A stretch of 64,000 nucleotides of DNA from an uncultured cyanobacterium (GCA_963706595.1 OY970166.1:256001-320000); one strand, 5' to 3'; shown: positions 1 through 9,848, numbered from the stretch's first letter. Numbers and translations are program-made. Notes: generated by a model not told the origin, from the letters alone.

Positions 1-564
1 ATATTTTAGTTCATCGTCATATCCAGGAAAATCCTGAATATCAATTTTATCCTCTGTTCCGTAAGTTTGAAAGTTGGTGTCAGGACGAAAACCGACACGG
101 CGATTTCTTTAAGGCATTATTGCGATCGCAACCAAAATTATGGAACAATTGGCGAGCGCGGTTGTGGGTACGTTTCTTTTTGCTCACTGTATTTGTCACC
201 CATACCATTACAGTCTTTGAACGGGCGACATTTTATGAAGCCATTGGTATACATCCCCGCAAATACAATAATAGAGTCATTGAGGAGACAAATAATACCT
301 CATCACGGGCATTTCCTCTGATTTTGGATACTAATCACCCGCAGTTTTTCTGGCGGTTAGAACAGTGTTTTCTCAGGTACTCAAAGATTGACGGAAATTA
401 AAGAAAGTCATCGTTCTCCATTTGTCAAGTTCTGGCAAAAAATCCCCCCCATGTTCTCGATTATTTCTAATATGTTGCGGCTGTATCTGATTAAACCCAT
501 TGATGCAGAATTAACACGCGCCACAGTTCGTTAAACATCAAATGCGGCAAATATCGAGAGGCTC

Positions 565-597
565 AGATCCCCGACTTCTTGAAGAAGTCGGGGATCT
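565..597. repeat. 33-bp palindromic dispersed repeat (16-bp arms, 1-nt loop)
   Basis: AGATCCCCGACTTCTT-G-AAGAAGTCGGGGATCT. An inverted copy lies at 13103-13135 and a degenerate relative at 25125-25153. Confidence 0.9.
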
Positions 598-694
598 TTT
601 TGTTTTGTGTGAAAATCATTGCTGATTACCTCCCCGCAGAGATAAAAACTTTGTATCCTAAATTTATATGAGTTAATATTTCTTTGAAAAATTT

Positions 695-2968
695 GTGCAG
701 GAAGATTTTAGACTAATCGTTGATTTAGTTACAGTTCTCGCCGTCGCCGCCTGTGGTGGGCTTTTGGCTTCACTTTTACGCCAACCTGTGCTGTTGGGCT
801 ATCTGATCGGCGGGATGATTGTCGGACCAGCCGGTTTGGGAGTGATTAAGGAAGTTATTCAAGTAGAAACACTGGCTCAGTTTGGTGTCGCCTTTTTATT
901 ATTTGCTTTGGGTGTGGAATTTTCCTTTGCTGAACTAAAAAAAGTCAAGGCGATCGCATTGGGAGGAGGTGGGCTACAAATTGTCTTAACGATTCTGTTC
1001 ACCGTGATAGTGTGCGAAATCACCGGTGCTGGGGAAGATTTACCTGCTAAAGGTGTATTTTTAGGATCAATTTTATCTTTATCTTCAACCGCAGTTGTCC
1101 TCAAATGCTTAATGGAGCGTAACGAAACAGAAACGCCCCACGGACAAGTGATGCTAGGGATTTTGGTAGTCCAGGATTTAGCACTAGGACTAATGATTGC
1201 TGTCTTACCAGCCTTGAACCAACCAGCCGAAACTATTGGAATTGCAGTTCTCACAGCGCTGTTACGTCTGGCTTTATTTGCTGGGGGTGCAGTAGTGGCC
1301 GGGATTTGGCTAATTCCGCGTTTGTTGCGAATCCTCGCCCGCACGGAAAGCCGAGAATTATTTTTATTAGGTGTGGTAACGCTGTGTTTAGGGATTGCAT
1401 TACTAACTGAACATTTGGGACTTTCGATTGAAATGGGGGCGTTTGTCGCTGGTTTAATGATATCAGAGGTGGAATACGCCGACCAAACCTTAACTTATGT
1501 CGAACCACTGCGAGATATTTTTGCTAGTTTATTTTTTGTCGCCATTGGGATGTTAATTGACCCAGTGTTTTTATGGAAGAATATCGAATTGATTTTGGTA
1601 TTGGTAGCACTGGTATTTGTCGGTAAATTTTTAATTATCACGCCATTAGTAAAACTGTTTCGCTATCCGTTGAAAACAGCTTTAATTGCTGGGCTAGGAC
1701 TGGCGCAAATTGGGGAGTTTTCCTTTGTGTTAGCCAGTGAAGGGCAGGCTTTGGGCTTAGTTTCTCGGCGCATATATTTGCTGATTTTAGGAACCACAGC
1801 AGTTACTTTAATGCTGACTCCCTTTGTGTTGCGATTAGTGCCATTTTTATTTAATTTTGCCGAATCAATGCCTTGGTTGCAACCCTATTTAGAAGAAAAT
1901 TATCCCCGTGATGTTTCGGATAATTTACCTTCAAAAAGTCATGTTGTCGTCTGCGGTTATGGGCGAGTGGGTAAGAATTTGGTGAGGTTGTTACAAAAAC
2001 ACGATTTACCTGTGGTAGTTATCGACCAATCAGAAAGCAGGATACAGCAATTACGCGAGGAGGGAGTACCTTATGTTTATGGTAATTGTGTGAGTCTTCA
2101 CGTTTTGGAAACTGCGGGGGTAAATAATGCCAAGGGAATGGCGATCGCACTTCCTGATCCTATGAGTACGCGACTGTCTCTGAAACGGGCGTTAGAGTTA
2201 TGTCCAGAATTAGATTTGGTTGTCCGTGCGACTCAAGATAAAAATATTGAATTGTTGTATCAATTGGGCGCGAAGGAAGTAGTCCAACCAGAATTTGAAG
2301 CTAGTTTAGAAATGGCTAGTCATTTATTAACAGGCTTAGGATTTTCATCCTTTGTAGTCCAACAGGAAATGAAGCAAATTCGTAACGATCATTATTTAAC
2401 ATTACGACCAGAGCGATCGCCTGCACAAGTTTCCCGTGATTTGCAGCAAGCTACTCGTGATTTAAATCGCCGTTGGTATACCCTACCAGATGCTTCACCC
2501 CTGATTGATATGAGTGTAGGCGAAGCGGATATTCGCTACTTAACAGGCGCAAGTTTGATGGCGATTCGCCGGGCTAACGAAGTCGAAATAGATTATCCCG
2601 ATGCTAGAACTATTTTAGAAGCAGGCGATCGCTTGTTATTAGTGGGCGCATCTGAGGAATTAGCCGCTTTAGAAGAATTTGCTCAGGGAAAAGTGGCTGT
2701 TCCTGGAGAAAATAAAGCTTGTCAGTGGATTATCGTTCATTCTGATTGTCCAGTTTTAGGAATCACCCTTGCAGATTTGGATCTGCATCCACAATCAGGA
2801 ATCCAAGTACAAGCGATGCGACGAGATGGTAAATTTATCCGTAGTCCTGAGCAAAAAACCGATTTGCGAGTTGGCGATCAATTGCTGTTCTGCGGTAAAT
2901 TGTCGAGTTTAAATCAACTCCAACCATTTTTTGCTAGCAGCACAACACCTTTAAAATCTTATTCTTGA
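695..2968 (+). CDS. CPA2-family cation:proton antiporter (KefB/KefC-like) with TrkA-N and TrkA-C domains
   Basis: About 12 TM segments with LSLSSTAVV and GILVVQD motifs, followed by the TrkA-N motif HVVVCGYGRVG and two RCK-C-like segments. Confidence 0.9.
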   Translation: MQEDFRLIVDLVTVLAVAACGGLLASLLRQPVLLGYLIGGMIVGPAGLGVIKEVIQVETLAQFGVAFLLFALGVEFSFAELKKVKAIALGGGGLQIVLTILFTVIVCEITGAGEDLPAKGVFLGSILSLSSTAVVLKCLMERNETETPHGQVMLGILVVQDLALGLMIAVLPALNQPAETIGIAVLTALLRLALFAGGAVVAGIWLIPRLLRILARTESRELFLLGVVTLCLGIALLTEHLGLSIEMGAFVAGLMISEVEYADQTLTYVEPLRDIFASLFFVAIGMLIDPVFLWKNIELILVLVALVFVGKFLIITPLVKLFRYPLKTALIAGLGLAQIGEFSFVLASEGQALGLVSRRIYLLILGTTAVTLMLTPFVLRLVPFLFNFAESMPWLQPYLEENYPRDVSDNLPSKSHVVVCGYGRVGKNLVRLLQKHDLPVVVIDQSESRIQQLREEGVPYVYGNCVSLHVLETAGVNNAKGMAIALPDPMSTRLSLKRALELCPELDLVVRATQDKNIELLYQLGAKEVVQPEFEASLEMASHLLTGLGFSSFVVQQEMKQIRNDHYLTLRPERSPAQVSRDLQQATRDLNRRWYTLPDASPLIDMSVGEADIRYLTGASLMAIRRANEVEIDYPDARTILEAGDRLLLVGASEELAALEEFAQGKVAVPGENKACQWIIVHSDCPVLGITLADLDLHPQSGIQVQAMRRDGKFIRSPEQKTDLRVGDQLLFCGKLSSLNQLQPFFASSTTPLKSYS

Positions 2969-2975
2969 CCACCTT

Positions 2976-3045
2976 GTAGAGACGCGATTCATCGCGTCTT
3001 GATTCATCGCGTCTTGATTCATCGCGTCTTGATTCATCACGTCTC
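2976..3045 (+). repeat. GTAG-REP-like element with a 15-bp unit expanded to four copies
   Basis: GTAGAGACGCGATTCATCGCGTCTT followed by further GATTCATC(G/A)CGTCT units, located between convergent genes. Confidence 0.85.
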
Positions 3046-3049
3046 AGGA

Positions 3050-3265
3050 TTACTTCGACTTATGGTAAGCGATCGCCTGTTTCCAAATAGTTGTTTGCCG
3101 ATTATAATCATCCACAAGACAAACACAGTTGTGATCTTGCCAAGCAACCTTACCTGTCAACAGATCACCCGTTACCAATTTTAACTCGATCACTGTTTTT
3201 TGTTTAATGAGTTCTTGTAGTTGGCGAATGCTAGGTAATGACGTATCAAATTCAATTGTAGGCAT
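3050..3265 (-). CDS. hfq: Cyanobacterial Hfq (Sm-fold) protein
   Basis: 71 aa with FDTSLPSIRQLQ, IELKLVTGD...G...WQD and IWKQAIAY, matching cyanobacterial Hfq. Divergent from dapF. Confidence 0.9.
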   Translation of the reverse strand: MPTIEFDTSLPSIRQLQELIKQKTVIELKLVTGDLLTGKVAWQDHNCVCLVDDYNRQTTIWKQAIAYHKSK

Positions 3266-3276
3266 TTTTAGTTATA

Positions 3277-3313
3277 AGGGAGTAGGGAGTAGGGAGTAGG
3301 GAGTAGGGAGTAG
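3277..3313 (+). repeat. STRR heptamer array (AGGGAGT)n
   Basis: About five tandem AGGGAGT units upstream of hfq. Confidence 0.9.
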
Positions 3314-3400
3314 GACTGGGAAAATTATTTGCTCTTATTTAACCCAATATCAGATACTCAATACCCCATCTCTAATCATTCATAATTGATCATCGAAAAA

Positions 3401-4240
3401 ATGGCAATCGAATTTACTAAGTATCACGGTCTGGGAAACGATTTTATTTTAGTTGACAATCGCGCGTCATCCTTGCCACTATTGACTCCTGAGCAAGCAA
3501 TTCAATTGTGCGATCGCCACTTTGGTATCGGTGCTGATGGTGTAATTTTTGCTTTACCGGGAGAAAACGGTGCAGATTATACCATGCGGATTTTTAATTC
3601 CGACGGTTCAGAACCGGAAATGTGTGGGAATGGGATTCGCTGTTTAGGTAGATTTATCGCCGATTTAGAAGGCGAATCTCGAAACAAAGACTCATATCAG
3701 ATTCATACCTTAGCTGGGATGATTACACCTCAACTGATGGCTGATGGTCAAGTTAAGGTAGATATGGGTTTACCAAGATTACTAGCTGGAGAAATTCCCA
3801 CTACCTTGGGTACTGCTGAGACAAAAGTAATTAATCAACCCATAGAAGTAGCGGGTCAAACTTGGGAAGTCACCTGTGTGAGTATGGGAAATCCCCACTG
3901 TATAACCTTTGTGTCAGACGTTGCTGCTATTCCCTTAGAAAGTATCGGACCCCAATTTGAACATCACCCAGCCTTTCCTCAACGCATAAATACTGAATTT
4001 ATTCAAGTCGTCAGTCGAGACTATGTAAAAATGCGGGTATGGGAACGAGGAGCAGGTATAACATTAGCCTGTGGTACAGGTGCTTGTGCTGCCTTAGTTG
4101 CTGGGGTACTGACTGGAAATTGCGATCGCATCGCCACCGTAGAATTACCTGGTGGACTCTTGCAAATTGAATGGTCAGAAATCGACCAACGAGTTTACAT
4201 GACAGGTCCCGCCCAACTCGTATTCACAGGAAAACTATAA
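3401..4240 (+). CDS. dapF: Diaminopimelate epimerase
   Basis: [26 protein letters not shown] and [13 protein letters not shown] motifs. ATG at 3401 is preferred over the upstream TTG at 3386. Confidence 0.97.
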   Translation: MAIEFTKYHGLGNDFILVDNRASSLPLLTPEQAIQLCDRHFGIGADGVIFALPGENGADYTMRIFNSDGSEPEMCGNGIRCLGRFIADLEGESRNKDSYQIHTLAGMITPQLMADGQVKVDMGLPRLLAGEIPTTLGTAETKVINQPIEVAGQTWEVTCVSMGNPHCITFVSDVAAIPLESIGPQFEHHPAFPQRINTEFIQVVSRDYVKMRVWERGAGITLACGTGACAALVAGVLTGNCDRIATVELPGGLLQIEWSEIDQRVYMTGPAQLVFTGKL

Positions 4241-4246
4241 CAGCTT

Positions 4247-4267
4247 GTAGTGAGGGCTTCAGCCCTC
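4247..4267 (+). repeat. GTAG-REP-like hairpin (GTAGTGAGGGCTTCAGCCCTC family)
   Basis: GTAG followed by the GAGGGCT/AGCCCTC palindrome. Relatives occur near 14658 and, on the minus strand, near 25054-25075. Confidence 0.7.
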
Positions 4268-4276
4268 CTCATATAT

Positions 4277-4367
4277 TAGACATCTCCAGAAATTAAATAT
4301 GCGTATCCTAGAACCCTTGTAGAGACGTTCCATGGAACGTCTCTACATTCTTTTTCGGAGAGGTCTA
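4277..4367. mobile_element. MITE-like element carrying a 28-bp perfect palindromic REP
   Basis: Imperfect TIRs TAGACATCTCCAGAAA / TTTCGGAGAGGTCTA. Internal palindrome GTAGAGACGTTCCATGGAACGTCTCTAC at 4319-4346. Confidence 0.7.
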
Positions 4368-4402
4368 TTTATATTATGTTCAGTTAATCACTGATAATTA
4401 AA

Positions 4403-4498
4403 GTAGGTTGGGTAAAGGAACGTTAACGTAGTTTACCGAAGGCGTAACCCAACATCTTCAGAAATTTGTTGGGTTTCACTTTGTTCAACCCAACCTAC
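4403..4498. repeat. Inverted REP doublet (REPIN-like), GTAGGTTGGGT family
   Basis: GTAGGTTGGGT...AACCCAACA and TGTTGGGTT...AACCCAACCTAC in inverted orientation. The first unit carries an insertion of about 22 nt. Confidence 0.75.
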
Positions 4499-4547
4499 AA
4501 TTTTCTTAACACCAAGCCTATGGCAATATAAAGGTTTCTAATCATAG

Positions 4548-4585
4548 TCCCCTCCTCGCTTGCGGGGAGGGGGTTGGGGGTGGGG
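4548..4585. repeat. GC-rich hairpin repeat (CCCCTCCTCGC...GCGGGGAGGGG family)
   Basis: Related copies at 16235-16271 and 46679-46715, plus the CCCCTCTCC...GGAGAGGGG variants at 15308-15348 and 15428-15642. Confidence 0.8.
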
Positions 4586-4631
4586 TTCTTGTATCTCACT
4601 CAATCAAGAAACGCTCTAATGACTATTTTAA

Positions 4632-5723
4632 CTACACATTAAAGCGGAATAACATTACATCCCCTTCTTGCACAATATACTCTTTTCCTTCACTGCGAAC
4701 TAAGCCTTTCTCCTTCGCCGCATTCATCGACCCGTGCGTAACTAAAGCCTCATAAGCAACGGTTTCAGCGCGAATAAATCCCCGTTCAAAATCAGAGTGA
4801 ATCACACCAGCCGCTTGGGGTGCAGACATTCCCGCGTTAATTGTCCAAGCGCGGGTTTCTTTCGGACCACAGGTGAAATATGTCCGCAAACCTAACAGGG
4901 TGTAAGTAGCCCGAATTAGAGATTTTAAACCGCCTTCTTTAACACCTAAAGATTCCAGAAAATCCGCCTTATCTTCTTCTGGTAATTCCACTAATTCAGC
5001 TTCAACTTGCGCCGAAACAATCACAACTTGGGCATTTTCACTAGCTGCAACTTCCCGGACTTTTTCTACAAAATCATTACCCGTTGCTAATTCCTCTTCA
5101 GAAACATTAGCTGCGTAAATAATTGGTTTATTGGTTAGTAATTCGAGTCCCTTAATAATCTCTGCTTCTTCTTCAGATAAACTTACCTGACGGACAGATT
5201 GACCTTCATTTAAAGCAGCAACTAATTTTTCCAGAATGGTGATTTCAAACTGTGCATCTTTACTGGTACGCGCTTGTTTACGAGTGCGGTCAATTCGGCG
5301 CTCAATTTGCGCTAAATCGGATAAACCCAGTTCTAAATTAATGATTTCAATATCTCGTGCTGGGTCAATAGAACCGGCGACGTGAATAATATCTTCATTT
5401 TCAAAACAACGCACCACATGGATAATTGCATCAACTTCACGGATGTGGGACAAAAATTGATTACCTAGTCCTTCTCCTTGACTAGCTCCTTTAACCAAGC
5501 CGGCGATATCGACAAACTCAACCCGTGCTGGTATAGTTTGTACGGAACTAGCAATGTTAGCCAGAACATTTAAACGCTCATCCGGTACTGAGACGATGCC
5601 CACATTCGGTTCAATCGTGCAGAAGGGAAAGTTAGCTGCTTCGGCTTTGGCGTTCGCCACTACAGCATTAAATAAAGTAGATTTTCCGACGTTGGGAAGT
5701 CCGACAATTCCGGCTCTTAGCAT
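4632..5723 (-). CDS. ychF: Redox-regulated ATPase YchF (Obg family)
   Basis: GIVGLPNVGKST, ANFPFCTIEPN, DIAGLVKGAS and C-terminal EGKEYIVQEGDVMLFRFNV. Confidence 0.98.
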   Translation of the reverse strand: MLRAGIVGLPNVGKSTLFNAVVANAKAEAANFPFCTIEPNVGIVSVPDERLNVLANIASSVQTIPARVEFVDIAGLVKGASQGEGLGNQFLSHIREVDAIIHVVRCFENEDIIHVAGSIDPARDIEIINLELGLSDLAQIERRIDRTRKQARTSKDAQFEITILEKLVAALNEGQSVRQVSLSEEEAEIIKGLELLTNKPIIYAANVSEEELATGNDFVEKVREVAASENAQVVIVSAQVEAELVELPEEDKADFLESLGVKEGGLKSLIRATYTLLGLRTYFTCGPKETRAWTINAGMSAPQAAGVIHSDFERGFIRAETVAYEALVTHGSMNAAKEKGLVRSEGKEYIVQEGDVMLFRFNV

Positions 5724-5758
5724 TTTCGATTGGATATTTTGTTAACTACAAAGTCAAT

Positions 5759-6094
5759 TTAAACAGGTTCAGGGATGGTTTGGGGGATTGTCCCTGGAAC
5801 CGTTTGGGGAATAGGTGCTGGTACTGTTTGGGGAATGGGGGTTGGGACTGGTTCTGGAACTGGTTCTGGTATTGGTTGGGGAATGGGGGCTGGTACTGGT
5901 TCGGGACTGGGTAATGGGTTCGGTTCAGTGTTGGGTATTTGTGGTTCTGGTACAGAAATAGCGGTGGGATAAATCACGGTAGGTCTAATTTGATTATTTG
6001 ACTTTTCCACCCTAAATGACAACCCAGACTACCGACATCTCCCAAAATGGCTATCCCAGCTAAATATTAATCTAATAATGGGCGACAGTAACAT
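5759..6094 (-). pseudogene. Small proline-rich protein, interrupted by an in-frame TAG in this sequence
   Basis: In-frame ATGs at 6118 and 6094 give MLLSPIIRLIFSWDSHFGRCR, then TAG at 6029-6031, then the PEP/PIPQ-repeat ORF 5759-6022. Confidence 0.55.
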
Positions 6095-6122
6095 TACGAG
6101 TATTATATGTATTAGCATTTTA

Positions 6123-7050
6123 TTAACGCGAATCTGCAATGATAGCGTCAATTTCATTATTTAATTCATCCAAAGGTATAGTCAGGCGTTGAAAACATAA
6201 CTGATAATTATAATTTGCATCTTCCTCAGACCATTTCAAACTCGATATGGGATCGTTCATGTTAAAGTAACGAAAACCTTCATAGAATTGACAATCTTCT
6301 TCTATAATGGGTAATAGCGCCACACATAATAGATTCAAAAAAGCGATAAGTCCAGATAAAATCCCCACTGGGACAAAAGAACAAATTACTAGAATCAGGC
6401 TAGAAAATGAAAATAGTCTTCGTCCCATAGCTTTAAACAGGGAATACACGACCTCGATTAGACGACCATAAAGTAACCACCGTTTAAACTGAGTTTTATT
6501 AGTTTAGATAGAATAGGAAGTTTCAACTTTCTCAATAAACGGTTTGTAACATAACTTTTTAAACGCATCTTCAACTTTTTCTTTATTTTGTTCGGAGATT
6601 GTCTAATGGTTATGAAAATAAAAACCGAATACCCAAATTTTCTTTATTGGAAAGTTTAAAAGGAGAACCGGGAAATGCGTTTTTGTACCAATTTTCGATT
6701 GTATCTCGTCGTTTACCAGTCACTAATCCAGCAAAGGAAATGTTAGTATTTCGTTTGCTAGACCAAAGTTGACGACAGTATTCAAAGGCTCCTCTAGAAA
6801 AAATTAAATTTCTTTTGATAGAGCCAATTTGTGTACTAGGTTGAGAATGCCCTATTTTTAGTAAATTCAGTTCTGGCACTTCATCGATACCCACTTGATA
6901 TTGAAGATTAAAAATTTTCTTCAGAGTCAAGAACATATAATTATTTTCTGGTGGAATATGAACGATATAATCAGATTCCATTAGTGCATGAGTTAGGCGT
7001 ATAGACTGAATTAAATTAAAGGGAAGGTTAAGACTAAATGATTTTTTCAT
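6123..7050 (-). pseudogene. Exostosin/GT47-like glycosyltransferase with multiple frameshifts
   Basis: ORFs 6610-7050 and 6123-6449 are joined by alternative-frame segments LWSSNRGRVFPV, WDEDYFHFL and CPSGDFIWTYRFFESIMCGAI (6375-6313), then PIIEE. Confidence 0.65.
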
Positions 7051-7169
7051 TAGCTTTCTTGGAGTAAGGTTAATTTGATATTACTGGATAAAAACTTATT
7101 TTTAGCTTTGGCTATAAAAATACCCTAATAAATTCTAGATTATATCATTAGCGGTTCGTTTTTACAAAA

Positions 7170-8672
7170 ATGCTCAATCAAGACCAAACCCCCTTATTAG
7201 ATGCCTTAAAAGCTTGTACAACCCATGCTCACGCGCCTTTTTACACGCCAGGACATAAGCGAGGTGTGGGCATTTCTCAACCCTTGGCTGATTTACTGGG
7301 GACAAAAGTCTTTCGGGCTGATTTAACGGAATTGGCAGATTTAGATAATTTGTTTGCGCCCCAAGGCGTGATTTTAGCAGCGCAAGATTTAGCAGCAGAG
7401 GCTTTTGGGGCGGAAAAAACTTGGTTTCTGGTGAATGGTTCTACCTGTGGAATTGAAGCGGCAATTTTGGCTACCTGTGGCACTGGGGATAAAATTATTC
7501 TGCCGCGAAATGTGCATTTATCTGTAATTTCTGGCTTAATTCTCTCTGGTGCTATCCCGATTTTTGTTAATCCTGAATATGACTCAGTTTTAGATATTGC
7601 TCACAGTATCACAGCGCAAGCTGTAAAAACGGCACTGGAAAAGCATCCTGATACTAAGGCAGTGCTGGTAGTTTATCCTACATATTACGGTGTTTGTGGA
7701 GATTTGCAAGCGATCGCTCAAATTACTCACCAATATCATATCCCCTTACTGGTAGATGAGGCACACGGCGCACACTTTGCTTTTCATCCTGATTTACCTT
7801 TCTCAGCATTAGCCGCAGGTGCAGATTTAACAGTCCAGTCTACTCATAAGGTACTGGGTGCAATGACGCAAGCATCAATGTTACACATCCAAGGGGATAG
7901 GATAGACATTGACCGTGTAAATAAAGCTTTACAACTTGTGCAGTCTACCAGTCCGAGTTACATACTTTTAGCGTCTTTAGATGCCGCACGTCAACAAATG
8001 GCATTATCTGGAAAAGGGTTGATGTCTCGCACTTTAGAACTTGCAGATATAGCGAGAAGGAGAATTAGCGAAATTCCGGGATTATCGGTTTTGCAAATGC
8101 CAAATTTAGATCAAACACGGTTAACTGTCACCGTTTCTGGCTTAGGTTTAACCGGATTTGCAGCCGAAGAAATTTTAGACGAAAAGCTGGGTGTGACGGC
8201 TGAGTTTGCATCATTGCAACATCTCACGTTTATTATTAGTTTGGGCAATACCTTATCTGATATTGAGCAATTGGTGCAAGGTTTTATGAGAGTGGGGAGT
8301 GGGGAGTGGGGAGTTACTTCGACTTACTTCGACTTCGCTCAGTACAAGTCGCTCAGTAACCGAGGGAGTGGGGAGAGTAAGAGTAATCAGTCAACCAGGA
8401 AGGGGTTCGTTTTATGCGATAATTTAGGCAGTGTTTCTCCCCGTGAAGCTTTTTTTGCAGTTAGTGAAATTTTACCTTTGTCACAAACAAGCGATCGCAT
8501 CTGTACAGAAATCGTCTGTCCTTATCCTCCAGGAATCCCCATTTTAATGCCTGGAGAACTAATTACTCCAGCAGCCTTAGAATATTTACAACAAATTCAA
8601 TCAATGGGCGGATTTATCTCTGGTTGTGCAGATACCAGCCTGAAAACTTTAAAAGTAGTTCGTAATTCGTAA
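7170..8672 (+). CDS. Orn/Lys/Arg decarboxylase family PLP enzyme
   Basis: FYTPGHKRG, LVNGSTCG, LVDEAHG, QSTHK (PLP lysine), QSTSPSY and C-terminal PYPPGIP..PGE. Confidence 0.92.
   Translation: MLNQDQTPLLDALKACTTHAHAPFYTPGHKRGVGISQPLADLLGTKVFRADLTELADLDNLFAPQGVILAAQDLAAEAFGAEKTWFLVNGSTCGIEAAILATCGTGDKIILPRNVHLSVISGLILSGAIPIFVNPEYDSVLDIAHSITAQAVKTALEKHPDTKAVLVVYPTYYGVCGDLQAIAQITHQYHIPLLVDEAHGAHFAFHPDLPFSALAAGADLTVQSTHKVLGAMTQASMLHIQGDRIDIDRVNKALQLVQSTSPSYILLASLDAARQQMALSGKGLMSRTLELADIARRRISEIPGLSVLQMPNLDQTRLTVTVSGLGLTGFAAEEILDEKLGVTAEFASLQHLTFIISLGNTLSDIEQLVQGFMRVGSGEWGVTSTYFDFAQYKSLSNRGSGESKSNQSTRKGFVLCDNLGSVSPREAFFAVSEILPLSQTSDRICTEIVCPYPPGIPILMPGELITPAALEYLQQIQSMGGFISGCADTSLKTLKVVRNS
8290..8376 (+). 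mobile_element. In-frame STRR array containing two nested 24-nt dispersed elements
   Basis: GGGGAGT repeats are interrupted by TACTTCGACT[TACTTCGACTTCGCTCAGTACAAG]TCGCTCAGTAACCG. The region encodes VGSGEWGVTSTYFDFAQYKSLSNRGSGE. Confidence 0.8.
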
Positions 8673-8676
8673 TTCA

Positions 8677-8778
8677 TATAGCAGTCCTAAATCATTTATA
8701 AACCTCTTTACTTCTTCACTTGGCGAACTTGGCGACTTGGCGGTTCGATAAATTCATAAATCAAATAGGATAGCTATA
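8677..8778. mobile_element. MITE-like element (TATAG...CTATA TIR family) with CTTGGCG repeat cargo
   Basis: The left end TATAGCAGTCCTAAATCATTTAT resembles the reverse complement of the right end, TATAGCTATCCTATTTGATTTAT. It interrupts a TTCGTAA array. Confidence 0.75.
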
Positions 8779-8840
8779 GTTTGTAGTTCGTAATTGTTGT
8801 ATTTTAGTAGTTCATCACATCCCCCCAGTTCCTATTCCCT

Positions 8841-9848
8841 ATGTTGCTTTTTATTCAAGTTATACTATGTTTCCTCGCCGTAATTGCTGTGGGAATGCGG
8901 CTTTCACAAAGTGCTGATGTTGTAGCAGAAAAAACTGGGCTGGGGCGTACCTGGGTTGGTGGTTTACTATTATCTGGTGTCACTTCTCTACCAGAATTGG
9001 CGACAGGAGTCAGTGCAGTTACTGTATTAAACGCCCCAGACTTAGCCGCAGGAGCAATTTTAGGTAGTTGTCTTTTCAATTTGATGATTCTGGGACTGCT
9101 GGATATTTTTAGCGGACGGGAACCATTACTCAAACGCGCACCTGTAGGGCTGGGACTCGCCGCTAGTCTGGGTTGTGCGATGTTGGGCGTAACTGCGGCG
9201 GGAATGCTATTGACTCAGCAAGGAATTTCTCTAACTTTAGGATGGGTTGGTGTTCCTAGCTTGTTATTAATTTTGCTTTATATCGTCAGCGCCAAAATGA
9301 TGACGCAGTTTGAAATGCGACGACTCGCCGCAGCTATTTTAGAAGCAGAACCGGAAGCTTTGCAATACCAGCACGTTAAGCGGGGACAAGCTTATCTGAA
9401 TTTTACCTTACTTGCTATAGCTACTGTCATCCTGGGTGTGTGGTTGGCGTATTTAGGCGACCAAGTTTCCACAGTCACGGGACTAGGACAAAGCTTTATC
9501 GGGGCGTTGCTGTTAGCTGGGGCGACATCATTACCGGAAGTGGTGGTATCTGTGGAAGCTATTCGCATGAATGCGGTAGAAATGGCTGTGTCGAATCTTT
9601 TTGGTTCTAATCTCTGGAATTTAGCGATTCTGGGAATTTACGATGTGGTTTACCTGAAAGGGAATTTGTGGTTGGAAATTAGTGATGTGCATTTGTTGAC
9701 TGCGATTATTGCCATGATTATGACTTCAGTAGCAACTGCTGGACTAATATATCATGCTGTCAGTCGCACCCAAATCTATGTGACTTGGGATGGACTGACT
9801 CTCATCGCTCTCTACATTGGGGGAATGTATATTATATACCGCAGTTGA
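8841..9848 (+). CDS. Sodium:calcium antiporter (CaCA/YrbG family)
   Basis: Two alpha repeats, GVTSLPE...GSCLFN and GATSLPE...GSNLWN, and about 10 TM segments. Confidence 0.92.
   Translation: MLLFIQVILCFLAVIAVGMRLSQSADVVAEKTGLGRTWVGGLLLSGVTSLPELATGVSAVTVLNAPDLAAGAILGSCLFNLMILGLLDIFSGREPLLKRAPVGLGLAASLGCAMLGVTAAGMLLTQQGISLTLGWVGVPSLLLILLYIVSAKMMTQFEMRRLAAAILEAEPEALQYQHVKRGQAYLNFTLLAIATVILGVWLAYLGDQVSTVTGLGQSFIGALLLAGATSLPEVVVSVEAIRMNAVEMAVSNLFGSNLWNLAILGIYDVVYLKGNLWLEISDVHLLTAIIAMIMTSVATAGLIYHAVSRTQIYVTWDGLTLIALYIGGMYIIYRS

Noticed and set aside
1..430. Plus-strand ORFs 67-321 and 120-401 and a possible broken minus-strand gene running off the left edge
   Set aside because: No recognisable motif. 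The minus-strand frames contain protein-like stretches (GFRPDTNFQTYGTEDKIDIQDFPGY) but several stops, so no call is possible without flanking sequence.
2999..3184. 61-aa ORF starting MIHRVLIHRVLIH
   Set aside because: It is a translation of the REP tandem and lies antisense to hfq.
5775..5972. Gly-rich 65-aa ORF
   Set aside because: It is the antisense shadow of the proline-rich gene.
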